Origin: a virus
Length of the DNA: 64,000 bases
Virus record (IMG/VR): IMGVR_UViG_3300045988_180675
Span: 128,001 to 192,000 of that record
Reading direction: 5' to 3' (one strand)
The notes beneath the pieces are model-generated. The model searched no databases. It worked only from the letters and a program-made list of their open reading frames with translations, and was not told the DNA's origin. Below, piece after piece: positions 34,201 to 42,620 of the stretch; position 1 is the first letter of the stretch; each line of letters starts with the position of its first letter. The position numbers were made by a program, and so were the translations under genes.

Positions 34201-36327
34201 GCCATCTGACGAAGGATTCTCTCCTCTTTCTTTATCTGTTGTCAAATATATTCCTTCATCAGTAAACTGATATGTTACTGGACGTTGTCCATACGCAGAA
34301 GGGTCTTTTATATCCTTTGATTCATCTCTTGTCCATGGATATGGATAACCTACAATGTCGGAATAATATCTCATATTTTTATATTCTGTCATTGTTATTT
34401 CGGCATTGTCATAGCCATTAAAAGAATCAAGATCATATCTCATTTTCATTCCTTCCTTTTTATGAACATTAAAATGACCATAAGGAAGCGAAAACGTCGG
34501 CTTGCTCCACTCCCATTTTATAGAGCTTTCTTTACTTGTTGCTGCGTCAATTCCATCAACAGGAGTTACAACAGCATTAACTTTTAAAGTGTTTTGTAAA
34601 TAAGTTTTGTTTTCAAACTCTGTATTTGGGATACGTACAACTACAGTATCAAACCGTTTATTAGACGGATTTGTTTGATCGGTTACTTCATTTGAATTTT
34701 GGAATTTACCACCAAAAACATATCCGACAATTTCATAATTAGAGGAAGTTGCTTCTAATTTAAAATTGTATGGTTGAGTAGCATAAATGGTTGATTCAAC
34801 TACATAGCTTAAATAAGTATAGTTGTCTACGTTAGCTGGTTTGTCTCCTTCGTATATCCATTTTTTATTTTTGGTTGGATATTTAACAGATGAAGATGCA
34901 ATATTTGCTGTCGTATTAATTTTAACTGTTAGTGGATCGGCATTACGTACTTCGCTGCCTAATTCCATTTTGGCTGTAAATGACTTACTTTCAGCCATAT
35001 CACGATATCTAAAAGAACTTTCTGCTGTGTGATAACCAACTTCTACATATCCTTCTGTACCTGCTGCTAACTTTCTGAAGTTATAGATAACAATGTTGTC
35101 ACCATCTTCATAGTACGCAAAGTTTACATCCTTGTCGATCTGTTCGCCTGTACCAGCCATCATTGCATCTACTTCTCTTTGGTGTGGAATGGACATTTCA
35201 TATTTGTCTGATGCCTGTCCATTGCGGTTTAACAAAATGCTCTTAGGAACTGTAAACATTACGGCGTTTTCACCTACTTCATCTACACCAGAAATAGAGA
35301 AATTCACACGGAACACAAACATGTGTCCAGCTGCATATCCTCCAGTGTTAATTGTAGGTACTGTCCAAACGTTCGTTCCCTTATCTACACCGCCAACTAG
35401 CTTTGTATTAAAGTCGCCAATGTGCACATCTCTAACAGTAGTGTTACGCTCTACAGAACGAAGAGAAGCATCTTCTGCATTTTCTTCATTTGTTTTTACT
35501 GTAGGAGTAAAATTTACCTTATAAGTTATTCCATTGATCGTAACCAAGGCAAACATTTCGCTAGAGAAATCTTCTACCTTTTCGATCATTTGATCTTTCG
35601 CTACGATATAACTTGAATTGCTTACTTCAAGATTTTGGATCTGTCCTACTAGTCCAGTCTGTGTCAGTAATTCGTCGTAAGAAATTGAACCAGCACTTAA
35701 ATCTAGTGTCTTTGGTTGATAACTATAACGAAGCATATATACTTCATCCATCTTTTCGATAGATGTTTCTACCTTATTTTCGTCATCAGTAGATTTCTTG
35801 ATATCCAAAGGCTTAAATTCAAACTTGGCTAATTCAGTTTCTTTACCTTCTTTCTTATCTTCCTCTACTTTTTCAGTATCCTTTTTCATTTCTACTAATC
35901 GATCAGCAGAAATCGAATATAAAGATACCTTAATATTTTTATCACCCAGTTTTTCATTCTTTAATGAAAGTTCAACTTTCTTTGTTGGGTTAAGTTTGTT
36001 TCCATCCTCATCTTCAAAAGAAACGTTAAAATACTGCTTTTTAGCAGTTTCGTAACCTTTTTCTTCTGTTAGATATACATCTGATAGATCCTGATATTCT
36101 TTCGCAACCTCTGTAACGTGAAGTTTTGCTCCCTCTGGAAGCGAATCCTTCTCGGTCGTTGCTACGATATCATAATCATCGTATGTCGTGGATAGTTCGA
36201 GCTTTTCAATCTTCTTTTCGCCTGTTCCTTCTTTTGCAAATGCCGCTACTGTATTTGGCATCATCATCAAAACAGACAATGTAATAATTAAAAAGCTCTT
36301 GATTCGGTTTGTTATGCTTTTTTGCAT
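28204..36327 (-). CDS. Giant LPXTG-anchored adhesin (2707 aa), candidate pilus tip or fibrillar adhesin
   Basis: Signal peptide. Many CnaB/SpaA-type domains (G.YTLQEYKA, GRYAIKEIA, GTYTLKEITAP, GNYYLIETKAPEGY). A central region carries MF-containing leucine-rich repeats of the DUF285/BspA kind. Canonical LPSTGG + TM + KKKEKN at the C-terminus. Confidence 0.8.
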   Translation of the reverse strand: MQKSITNRIKSFLIITLSVLMMMPNTVAAFAKEGTGEKKIEKLELSTTYDDYDIVATTEKDSLPEGAKLHVTEVAKEYQDLSDVYLTEEKGYETAKKQYFNVSFEDEDGNKLNPTKKVELSLKNEKLGDKNIKVSLYSISADRLVEMKKDTEKVEEDKKEGKETELAKFEFKPLDIKKSTDDENKVETSIEKMDEVYMLRYSYQPKTLDLSAGSISYDELLTQTGLVGQIQNLEVSNSSYIVAKDQMIEKVEDFSSEMFALVTINGITYKVNFTPTVKTNEENAEDASLRSVERNTTVRDVHIGDFNTKLVGGVDKGTNVWTVPTINTGGYAAGHMFVFRVNFSISGVDEVGENAVMFTVPKSILLNRNGQASDKYEMSIPHQREVDAMMAGTGEQIDKDVNFAYYEDGDNIVIYNFRKLAAGTEGYVEVGYHTAESSFRYRDMAESKSFTAKMELGSEVRNADPLTVKINTTANIASSSVKYPTKNKKWIYEGDKPANVDNYTYLSYVVESTIYATQPYNFKLEATSSNYEIVGYVFGGKFQNSNEVTDQTNPSNKRFDTVVVRIPNTEFENKTYLQNTLKVNAVVTPVDGIDAATSKESSIKWEWSKPTFSLPYGHFNVHKKEGMKMRYDLDSFNGYDNAEITMTEYKNMRYYSDIVGYPYPWTRDESKDIKDPSAYGQRPVTYQFTDEGIYLTTDKERGENPSSDGVRYEKGTLLTSDDVYIESVNYRYITRTAHYNAEEATFEYDKEKKYDESDIITLQVKHGQDEEFKTVGTYNFSTSQANFDSNFVSNFTNETIEFSRKDIIAYRITFSNKHYFSAIYAYPFLTLKNSEKVMNFVKGKERIGLANNVNGQFFNYKNEKILETNSNAVDYARVTQRSSEVEKHVVSSSNNAKQRIFDITWRISADEQIVSGQSGKIEYVVQNGGTFYDLLPLGSVLDKSSIIINKREGGMVSPADYTVTTIDNFNDTGRTMFRLDIKDPSEKYTVFFDTTYSWNNLKDFGTNIYNPVAYKTGNKSIAGGTADNGGRFDKNGKSPEHQIKENMAGLDSGEPDDWTSGVSKFIYAEEIYDVNNLTAATSGLTKKVKAEKDKKYSYETMTNIGKEYSYELRMANSGSSKAKDIIFYDSLENYVTEDGKQSDWHGTLNSIGLKQLEARGIKPVVYISTVENLSIDEHRDLTDSSIWQKVTDLSNISNAKAIAIDASKKADGTDFVLDETESLTAYLYMQAPNGANDIGRIPMAYNNIYMNATILGSNNKAETHLVHQDYTQIGLKISGNLMIKKVSENDTALTIEGIEYKLSGISNYGTVYDETVKTGSSGSAIFSDVELGTYTLQEYKATKDWLLDATTRVVTIDKSNNVIVDGVNYTNKELVLSDKPRIHTDIKFKKSELGNSFAKVSGAIFKLYGTSDYGTDIVKFATSNSDGEVKFDDVEKGRYAIKEIALENQRYVPNKELTVNILVDEFGKYSISSDNSEYYKNETVFNEHRYNGFKLRKIDADNNSIWLEGAEFLLKGVSELGTSTNITATSDENGVLTFENIEKGTYTLKEITAPTNVTADGKKGGNRNYIKDQKEYIVHISKLGEITIDGLEKENNTGFFIVKNERSEDGKIIVKKVWEDADKNNENRPIPQLTMTATDPNVNNIVYTVDFGNIPGIPESERKVIITFSKEEIERNSDSNNSLTTYIVKKVGEQIKAFAKRNETIISSAFPERETTLNSFENGEVIFREIIFDQSHLFTGTLNESDLYTRTFVFKDNKFKVAYLEPHFLNKIVQAENLTHSSVNGKKFTLFVDRSITKEAIMEINKQTDYLIVSSEDSPYKIYAHVNIRNGQIILSSEANTLFLPKDSSELFKYDSNSNENIFQLSRIALTQFDFSKVENATEMFANQQANISLPTSAIGSKSSGNLKIAKGMFLNFQSVNGDIDKIIDSLNVENVVDFEDMFKGSSFAKPTQPNSPTATAKDFQYFAFSMDLVKLVKDKQKLDAIKMNLGNTIKQGNRTLTNLNFYNTSLREFAHLSEEEMASVINKLLGDLKTTSKVVIGFAPEKAAPNEIRASVAKINGVIKKLGFTYGIDVSGYALSKTSRNNIKMDDSKSSYDRNGVTSVDWNELGWRPVPEPAEPEVKQMLDGTITYRSQADKWVKGDDNVWTYTFNVFDDTLEYKLFEEKMDGYTSEAMLPKYAIVNGTQSKGATITNKSTVGTGSFHLSKVVNGELVPGASYTFFLNFSNPNGFFNKPRVLSGVSIFGGHAMVQLKGGQDLVIEGLPEGTVVGVHEQTGPYQTTYSAKNVTIESGKQSDIVCTNTFTPPEPGEVSNVTLVKKVSGIADENTEYPFRVEFSNLTPNTRYLTTNNGVYFDSDLSGHALLDLRLRKDESIMFKKLPVGATYQVTELAGAYTSKYELSDDRGINKFNSENGLNEEENKDLSTAVETVDANENVSITFTNTIEHKQSLVVTKVEPEVTTEKYPFSIQFSNMKPNSFFSSDIGLVRADENGEATKDFTLGNGESVKFTDIPVGVEYKVIEQANKKLAKYALTADKGNFANATKENDEAMLDLVTELETIDDGEDATVIFTNITPPSAKIQLTKFGENNEKLGGATYALYKGTFFIKNIDINSNGKSDEIDGIGVGNYYLIETKAPEGYALDPNKHEFEIKKNQLNTTVQIELHDDKLKVLPSTGGRGMITFVIIAMVLLGGAGYLVISAKKKEKN

Positions 36328-36351
36328 ATTGGAATCCCCTTTCTACTAGTT

Positions 36352-36363
36352 ATATTATGCTAT
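36352..36363 (-). promoter_or_regulatory. Class-A promoter box ATAGCATAATAT
   Basis: 24 nt before ATG 36327. Here the box is part of a perfect palindrome, ATGCTA-AAA-TAGCAT. Confidence 0.5.
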
Positions 36364-36400
36364 TTTAGCATACAAAATAAACTATAATTTTTGTTTTTTA

Positions 36401-36437
36401 CAGAAAATAAAGAAGAGAAAAGTAACGCTTCCTCTTC
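36401..36437 (-). terminator. Rho-independent terminator after the coupling-protein gene
   Basis: Minus strand GAAGAG-14 nt loop-CTCTTC followed by TTTATTTTCTG. Confidence 0.5.
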
Positions 36438-36462
36438 TTATCTTCTGATTTGTTGTCTTTTG

Positions 36463-38919
36463 CTACATCTTGACATCATCGGCAACAGATTCTTTCACCT
36501 GGATTGCGGTGAGGTGATTTGCGTATGAGCCTACGCTTTCATCTCTTAGACTATCTAATGTTTTATCCAATGTGGAATCTGCGTATCTCATTATTTCTTG
36601 GTTCTGTTCTAGTTTTTCTGATGCCTTAACAAGATCAATTGCAAGCTTATCCTTATTTTCTTCAATGTTATTGGCAAAACCTACAACGGTATTTCCATTG
36701 GCATCTTTGTTTTCGGATATTTCTTTCGCATTTTGCTTCTTAGCTTCTTCTCGATCTTTTCTCTTTGCTTCTTCATCTGAAGTCTCTTCTTGAACTTCAC
36801 CATGTCGATCTTCCTTGGTTAATTCTTCATCCTTTTTAACACCGTTGGCATTAAAGTAATTGATCTTAGAATGATCAAAGTAAAATCCAGGCAAGCTTTC
36901 TACAAGTTTTCTATTTGGATGATCTAATGTCGTATACTTCTTGTCTCTAACAGGATCCAAAGACTTCATAATGATAATACATTCATCTTCGCCGATTCTT
37001 CTTACTTCAGCAGGAGAAATCAGCTCTACGCCAGTGTTGTTAATTGAAACGCTACCCGCAGCACCTTTTGAGAATGATTGGTTCATGATCTTACGTGTTT
37101 CTTTACCGATTGCGGCGGAAACGTACTTCGCAGTATCTTCATCCCAACCACCACCGATGTACATGAATGTGTCGCAGTTACCAGATAGCTCGCCCCATGA
37201 ATCCTTATACATCTTCTTTAACTGGGCAAGTGACTGCAAGATGATCCATACAGAAATTTCATATTTACGAATCGTAGCAAGTTTCTCTTCGAACTTCGGA
37301 ATCTTACCGATATTGGCAAACTCATCGGCAATTAATGATACGTGAATAGGTACACGTTGACCTCTATTGGATTGCTTGTTGGCTGGTATTACCTTACCAA
37401 ATTCTTTGATGCCATCAAGCCATTCTTTAGCCTTTTCTTTTTGTCCACGCCATGTAATTAGCTTGTCATCTTTTGTTCGGATCTCATACCAGTTATATTG
37501 CTTGTTATATTTAATATATCCAGTCTTGATTCCTTCCAATATTTCCTTGGCTTCTTGCTGAGCCGCTGCTGACTCACGTTCAGATTTAGCTCTAACTGTT
37601 TTAACGACCTGATTACTTGCGTCCATGATCAGATGACCATATTCCGCATTTCCTTCGGAATAATCGTATAAAAGCGTAAACAACTGAGAATACATTGTTG
37701 ATGCTAAGAAGTTAAATGGTCCACCACCTGTAGGCAAGCAGATAAATATCGCAGTCTTTTCATCACCGATCTTATCTAATTCGATATCATCATCATCTGT
37801 CAGCTCTACTACGTCCTGAAGGTCGAAAGCCTTTAGTCGTGTAACGACAGAAATCAACACGGATTTCAAAGTCTTACCAGCAGCCAATTTAAAGTTTTTG
37901 TACTGCTTTACAGCAAAGTTTTCTGGATCATATTGAGCAACTTCTTCAAAAATTGCATCTAATGGTGACTTGGAAGAACTATCATTTTCATCTACATCAG
38001 CTGCACGAATTAATCTCATTACGTTTGAGAAATTTTGCTGGCTCTTGATTGTAAAGTGGTATAAGTAAGCAATTAGTGCTAATAGCAATGTCGTTTCTGC
38101 ATTTTCCCAGAAGGCATCGCCACCCTTTTTATCAGCTGGCGTTGTATTAGCAATAATTGTATCAACAAGAATCGTAATATCCTTATCTGAACGAATATAT
38201 GTAAACGGGTTATAATGTGCAGATCGATCCATGTTTGTAAGATCAAACAATTTAACTTTATAACCTAACGCTTCCAAAAATCTTCCGTATTCTTTATTTA
38301 GACCACCAGAAGGGTCGGTTACAAGATAGGAACAGTTGGCTTGCATAATATTAGGACCAACGATGTTAAATGATTTACCAGCACCAGATCCTCCGATTGC
38401 AAGAAGGTTTAAGTTTCTTCTTGTTCTCCATGCACTTAGCGAAAGTCTGATTTCTTGTGAAAAGATAACGTTGTTTGGACCACTATCATCTACTACCCCA
38501 AAAGGCTCTGTAAACCTCTTTTTATATTCGGAATAATCTTCCATCCATTTAGCAGAACCTTGGGCAATATCAGAATCGTAGTGGTTTTTAATTCTATCCC
38601 TACTGATCAATACAAAGGCATACATCCCCGCTGCAATAAATAGTAATAGAGAAATAACGAATGTTCCACTTGGAATTGGAAATATCGAAAAAGGCTTGAA
38701 GATCATGTGAGGTATTCCTTGAATAACATCATCAAAAATATCATTTCGAGGATTGTTATGAGCAACGACTCTAACATGAATAATGTATAGTGCAAATAAA
38801 GCATACACAATCAATGTGTAGATGATCAATCTCTTGTATCTAGCACGTTGTTTCTCTGAAAGATTCAGAAGCTTATAAAACTTCTTTTGGAGTTCGGCTA
38901 ATTTTTCTTTATTCATCAT
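36463..38919 (-). CDS. Type IV coupling protein (VirD4/TraG/TcpA-like), 818 aa
   Basis: Two N-terminal TM helices. Walker A LLAIGGSGAGKS and Walker B-like VSLIADEFANIG. Its start overlaps the upstream stop by 4 nt. Confidence 0.85.
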   Translation of the reverse strand: MMNKEKLAELQKKFYKLLNLSEKQRARYKRLIIYTLIVYALFALYIIHVRVVAHNNPRNDIFDDVIQGIPHMIFKPFSIFPIPSGTFVISLLLFIAAGMYAFVLISRDRIKNHYDSDIAQGSAKWMEDYSEYKKRFTEPFGVVDDSGPNNVIFSQEIRLSLSAWRTRRNLNLLAIGGSGAGKSFNIVGPNIMQANCSYLVTDPSGGLNKEYGRFLEALGYKVKLFDLTNMDRSAHYNPFTYIRSDKDITILVDTIIANTTPADKKGGDAFWENAETTLLLALIAYLYHFTIKSQQNFSNVMRLIRAADVDENDSSSKSPLDAIFEEVAQYDPENFAVKQYKNFKLAAGKTLKSVLISVVTRLKAFDLQDVVELTDDDDIELDKIGDEKTAIFICLPTGGGPFNFLASTMYSQLFTLLYDYSEGNAEYGHLIMDASNQVVKTVRAKSERESAAAQQEAKEILEGIKTGYIKYNKQYNWYEIRTKDDKLITWRGQKEKAKEWLDGIKEFGKVIPANKQSNRGQRVPIHVSLIADEFANIGKIPKFEEKLATIRKYEISVWIILQSLAQLKKMYKDSWGELSGNCDTFMYIGGGWDEDTAKYVSAAIGKETRKIMNQSFSKGAAGSVSINNTGVELISPAEVRRIGEDECIIIMKSLDPVRDKKYTTLDHPNRKLVESLPGFYFDHSKINYFNANGVKKDEELTKEDRHGEVQEETSDEEAKRKDREEAKKQNAKEISENKDANGNTVVGFANNIEENKDKLAIDLVKASEKLEQNQEIMRYADSTLDKTLDSLRDESVGSYANHLTAIQVKESVADDVKM

Positions 38920-40313
38920 TTCGCAACCTCACTCTTTTCTTCTGTTTCTTTCTCTTGTGTCTTTTCAACTGTCTTAGGTTCATATTCCTTAACCTTTTCT
39001 GTCGAACGAGCAATCTTTTCGTCAATAGAAGTAACCTTTTCAATTCCAGCTTCTTTTGCATAGACTTCGATTCTCGATAAGATACTAGCCATTTTAGCCA
39101 TGACGTTAATATCTAAACCTGTAATACGAGAAATCTTGATCAGATCAACGATATCTTCTTTGATGTATCCCTTTGGCACGGTTCCTTTTTGAGCAGCCAG
39201 AATGGCTTCTGCGGTATAGGATTGAAATAGTTTAAACTTCGAATCCCACATGCCACTCTTTTGCATGATCGGCTCATAAAGCAACTTTCTTCTAGCAATT
39301 TCTGTCGCTTTTGTTATAAAGTTTTTAGTTCCAACTACAACCACGTTTAGTCTTGGTTTTGGATTTTTGAAATGCTCGATCACATCTTCTTCAGAATACA
39401 GACATTTGTGCTTGGTAATACTTGCCAAACAACTGTTTAGCTTTTCTTCAAATGCTTCGTCATCTTGATCAATATTGATATCTACGACCAGATCGATTTC
39501 ATTATCTGGCGTTGTCTCTGGATGACCGTATTGGATGCCATACGGAGTTCTCTTTACGTAAAGCTGTTCTTGACCTACGATCCAGACTGGTTTTTTCATA
39601 TCACCATTTTCATCTGGAAAGTTTTTCGCTTTTTGCATTTGGTAATGGCTCTCATTTAAAGACTCTTCTTTTACGATTTTAGAAACATCTCCATGTGTAA
39701 GCATTTTTGCTTCTGCAATAAGCCCCATAATCGTTATATTATTGGATACAGCGATACTCTTTGGAGCAGAATATGTTAAAACAAATGTGCCGTCGATCAT
39801 CTTATCAATACCGATCGTTTCATCTGGTAGTACATCGTCGATCTTGCCTTCAATATAGGAAATCTCCGCTTCTGATAATCCGCAGACCTCCAACATTTGC
39901 TTTTCTTTGCCACCTTTTTGCATATAGATTTTTGCAGCTTCGGCTGAAGTCTTGATATGACAATATTTCGATGCGTTTGGCAGAATTTCTTTTACAACTA
40001 AGATCCGTTGCTTTTCTGCATCACATTCTCTAATGATGAAGCCATAGTTACCAGTTGCTTCTCGCATTAAAAGATATGGGATCATTTGAGAATTCATAGC
40101 CTGCATCATTCGATCAATCAGATCCCCTCGACAAGTAAAAGAACTTAGTTTCCCACCCTTTTCCATCCAACTAAGGATTGCCTTTTCATTTGGGAAATTA
40201 CTATTGCTCAAATAATCATGTAATTTCTTTTTAAATAACTTGACGATATCTAATGTATCATTATTGATATTATTAGCTACATCAAGTTCTTTTTTTGTTA
40301 CATTAAACGCCAT
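38916..40313 (-). CDS. Hypothetical protein (465 aa) translationally coupled to the coupling protein
   Basis: Long ORF with a 4-nt overlap onto the T4CP start. Its position corresponds to PcfB-type accessory genes, but I could not recognise relaxase motifs or any definite family. Confidence 0.5.
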   Translation of the reverse strand: MAFNVTKKELDVANNINNDTLDIVKLFKKKLHDYLSNSNFPNEKAILSWMEKGGKLSSFTCRGDLIDRMMQAMNSQMIPYLLMREATGNYGFIIRECDAEKQRILVVKEILPNASKYCHIKTSAEAAKIYMQKGGKEKQMLEVCGLSEAEISYIEGKIDDVLPDETIGIDKMIDGTFVLTYSAPKSIAVSNNITIMGLIAEAKMLTHGDVSKIVKEESLNESHYQMQKAKNFPDENGDMKKPVWIVGQEQLYVKRTPYGIQYGHPETTPDNEIDLVVDINIDQDDEAFEEKLNSCLASITKHKCLYSEEDVIEHFKNPKPRLNVVVVGTKNFITKATEIARRKLLYEPIMQKSGMWDSKFKLFQSYTAEAILAAQKGTVPKGYIKEDIVDLIKISRITGLDINVMAKMASILSRIEVYAKEAGIEKVTSIDEKIARSTEKVKEYEPKTVEKTQEKETEEKSEVAK

Positions 40314-40316
40314 TCG

Positions 40317-40928
40317 TCACTCCTCCTGTATCTCGTCAAACAACTTCTTTAATTCAACAAACATCTTCTCTGGATAATCCTTTTCCTTATAATCCTTCTC
40401 TTTAAACCCATAAGATTGCATGAAGTTCATATATTCTAAATCATGGATAAAGGAAAGAAATTCATTCATCCCATAATATTCAACTACTGGACGCAACAGC
40501 CCTTTCTTTTCTTCCTTCTTCATTCTTCTCCATAGGGCTGAAGGGACGATCTGTAAAGGTAGTAAATCCTTATCCTCAATAATATCCAAATGATATTCAA
40601 ATAGTTTTTTAATATATTTCAGGGTTTCGATGTACCCATCATCTTCCATTAATTCTTCTAATTTGATCGTCTTATAGAAAATCAAATATGGTAAAAAATC
40701 TCTAAATCGTTCTTCAACATTGTGATTGATCAACTGAGCAACGGTTGGATAATGGTTTTCATCGGTGAACTGATTTTTAAAGTTCATATTAGAAATGTCC
40801 GCTGTATTTTCATGAATCTTTTGGGCAATAGCAACCATTCTATCGTACTTGTTCTGTGAAATATGTACGATTTCCTCGCCTTTTAGTGGATCTACATCAT
40901 ATTTTTCAACCAATCTATCTAACAGCAT
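40317..40928 (-). CDS. Hypothetical protein (203 aa)
   Basis: ORF whose start overlaps the exonuclease gene's 3' end by 14 nt. No family recognised. Confidence 0.5.
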   Translation of the reverse strand: MLLDRLVEKYDVDPLKGEEIVHISQNKYDRMVAIAQKIHENTADISNMNFKNQFTDENHYPTVAQLINHNVEERFRDFLPYLIFYKTIKLEELMEDDGYIETLKYIKKLFEYHLDIIEDKDLLPLQIVPSALWRRMKKEEKKGLLRPVVEYYGMNEFLSFIHDLEYMNFMQSYGFKEKDYKEKDYPEKMFVELKKLFDEIQEE

Positions 40929-41802
40929 CCTTATTCACCTGTCTCTCTTTTAATTTTTTTATCAATTCCTTTTCATTGGCAACACCTTCTCTTGATAAAA
41001 CCATTTGTCTTACAAGTGGAAGGTTGATCGTATCACTATCGCTGCACCATTCCTTTTTATATCCATCGTAGTATGTCTTGGTTTGTGGGTTTGTAGCCAC
41101 ATATACACGTTCTACACGATGGCTAGGAGCATACAATCTTGGATTGTAGATCTTATAAAAATCGTATTTCTTCTCTTCTTTTTGCCCCATTTCTTTTTCT
41201 CTGATTCTCTTCTTATATACACCAAGAGATAATTGCAAAACACGAGTCGTAGCAATTACGTCATCCATTGATTGGTGGAACGTTAATCCCTTATTGAGTC
41301 CGTATTTTTCTGCTACCATACTCAGCTTATATTTTTCACAATCTAATAATTCTTTTGCCATTGGGAAAGCATCGATATGAAGATCATAAGTAAAATCTTC
41401 ACCAAACACACGTTGGTACATGGAGTTCATAAAGCCTTCGTCAAATCCTGTTGAATTATATCCAGAAATCAATGCCTTTTCGCCAATAAAATTTCTGATC
41501 GTTACAGCTGCTACATCTTCTGTTGGTTTATCCTTGACCATCTCATTTGTAATGCCATTGATATCAGAAACTTCTTTTGGAATTATCATTTCTGGATTGA
41601 TAAACTGATTGATCCGATCGACTTCTCGAAAGGATACTCCATCATACGTTACCTTTACAGCACTAAAAGACAGAATTCTATCTGTCAGCTTTTTCAAACC
41701 AGTTGTTTCAAGGTCGAATACGATTAACTCTCGTCCCTTGTTAAGTTCTTCTAATAGAACCTTAGCTTCTGGTTCTCTATTTTCTAAAGATAATCTGCTC
41801 AT
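40915..41802 (-). CDS. DnaQ-like 3'-5' exonuclease (DEDDh, Pol III epsilon family)
   Basis: Exo motifs VFDLETTGL, ISGYNSTGFDEGF and HQSMDDVIAT. Start set to ATG 41802, which forms an ATGA overlap with the class C sortase stop. The track start of 41844 lies inside the sortase gene. Confidence 0.8.
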   Translation of the reverse strand: MSRLSLENREPEAKVLLEELNKGRELIVFDLETTGLKKLTDRILSFSAVKVTYDGVSFREVDRINQFINPEMIIPKEVSDINGITNEMVKDKPTEDVAAVTIRNFIGEKALISGYNSTGFDEGFMNSMYQRVFGEDFTYDLHIDAFPMAKELLDCEKYKLSMVAEKYGLNKGLTFHQSMDDVIATTRVLQLSLGVYKKRIREKEMGQKEEKKYDFYKIYNPRLYAPSHRVERVYVATNPQTKTYYDGYKKEWCSDSDTINLPLVRQMVLSREGVANEKELIKKLKERQVNKDAVR

Positions 41803-42617
41803 TTTTCCCGTCCTTTCCATATCAATGCAACGGTTATAATACAAGCGAATGTCATAACAATAACAATGCCAGATTCAATCAATGCTGGCTTTATCACATC
41901 ACGCATTGGATCCGTATAGTTTTCTTTTGGTGCAGCCGTTAGATCTACTCTATGTCCAGTAACTAATAACCGATGCGTATTAATACCGTATGGAGTACAA
42001 GTAACAAGTGTAGCGAGATCCTTCCCGTCCTGGATCTTCAAGGCGTTTACTTCAGATGGCAAGACCGTTTGTATATTGTCTACCTCATAAGCCAACTTTT
42101 TGTTGCCAACGGTAATATAGAAGATATCACCTGTTACTAGCTTATCTATATCCGTAAACAATTTTGCTGTTGCAAGTGCCCTATGTCCACTTAGCACTGT
42201 ATGTGTATCTACTCCTCCGATCGGGAAACTTGTTCTTTCGATATGCCCAATACAATTTTCTAACACATCATCTTCTGTACCGTGCTTGATTGGTAGTTTT
42301 ACATTGATTTTCGGAATATCTACATAACCTATTATGCTATTTTTCAGGTCTAAGATTTCAAAATAATTACTGTTCTTCAAAAGAAATTGGTTGCCGTTAG
42401 TTTTAGAATATTCATAAAGTTCTTCGTTATATTTTTCCGCTTCTTTTATTTTTTCTTCTATATCGTTTTCGTGTATAACTTCTTCAGAATAAGAAACAAT
42501 ATCTTTTGCAGCATGGTATTTATTGAGTGTATCCGTTATAGAAGGAATTAAAAGACAAATGATTGCTATATAGGTTAATAAAACAGCACATGTGAATCTA
42601 ATTCTTGTTTGTCTCAT
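41799..42617 (-). CDS. srtC: Class C (pilin-polymerising) sortase
   Basis: N-terminal TM. Catalytic His in VLSGHRA. LATLVTCTPYGINTHRLLVTGHRV (TLxTC Cys plus Arg). C-terminal TM helix typical of class C. Confidence 0.85.
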   Translation of the reverse strand: MRQTRIRFTCAVLLTYIAIICLLIPSITDTLNKYHAAKDIVSYSEEVIHENDIEEKIKEAEKYNEELYEYSKTNGNQFLLKNSNYFEILDLKNSIIGYVDIPKINVKLPIKHGTEDDVLENCIGHIERTSFPIGGVDTHTVLSGHRALATAKLFTDIDKLVTGDIFYITVGNKKLAYEVDNIQTVLPSEVNALKIQDGKDLATLVTCTPYGINTHRLLVTGHRVDLTAAPKENYTDPMRDVIKPALIESGIVIVMTFACIITVALIWKGREK

Positions 42618-42620
42618 AGC

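Noticed and set aside
36335-36344. Perfect 10-nt complementarity between the sRNA candidate (UCCCCUUUCU, from 51416-51425) and the RBS region AGAAAGGGGA of the 2707-aa adhesin mRNA
   Set aside because: Any pyrimidine run is anti-Shine-Dalgarno-like, 10 nt is short, and the segment is sequestered in the sRNA's own stem. It is worth a computational target search but is not evidence by itself.
38916-40313. The 465-aa protein upstream of the coupling protein as the missing relaxase
   Set aside because: I could find no HxH/HUH-type metal-binding motif, catalytic tyrosine context or MOB-family signature. It is left as hypothetical.
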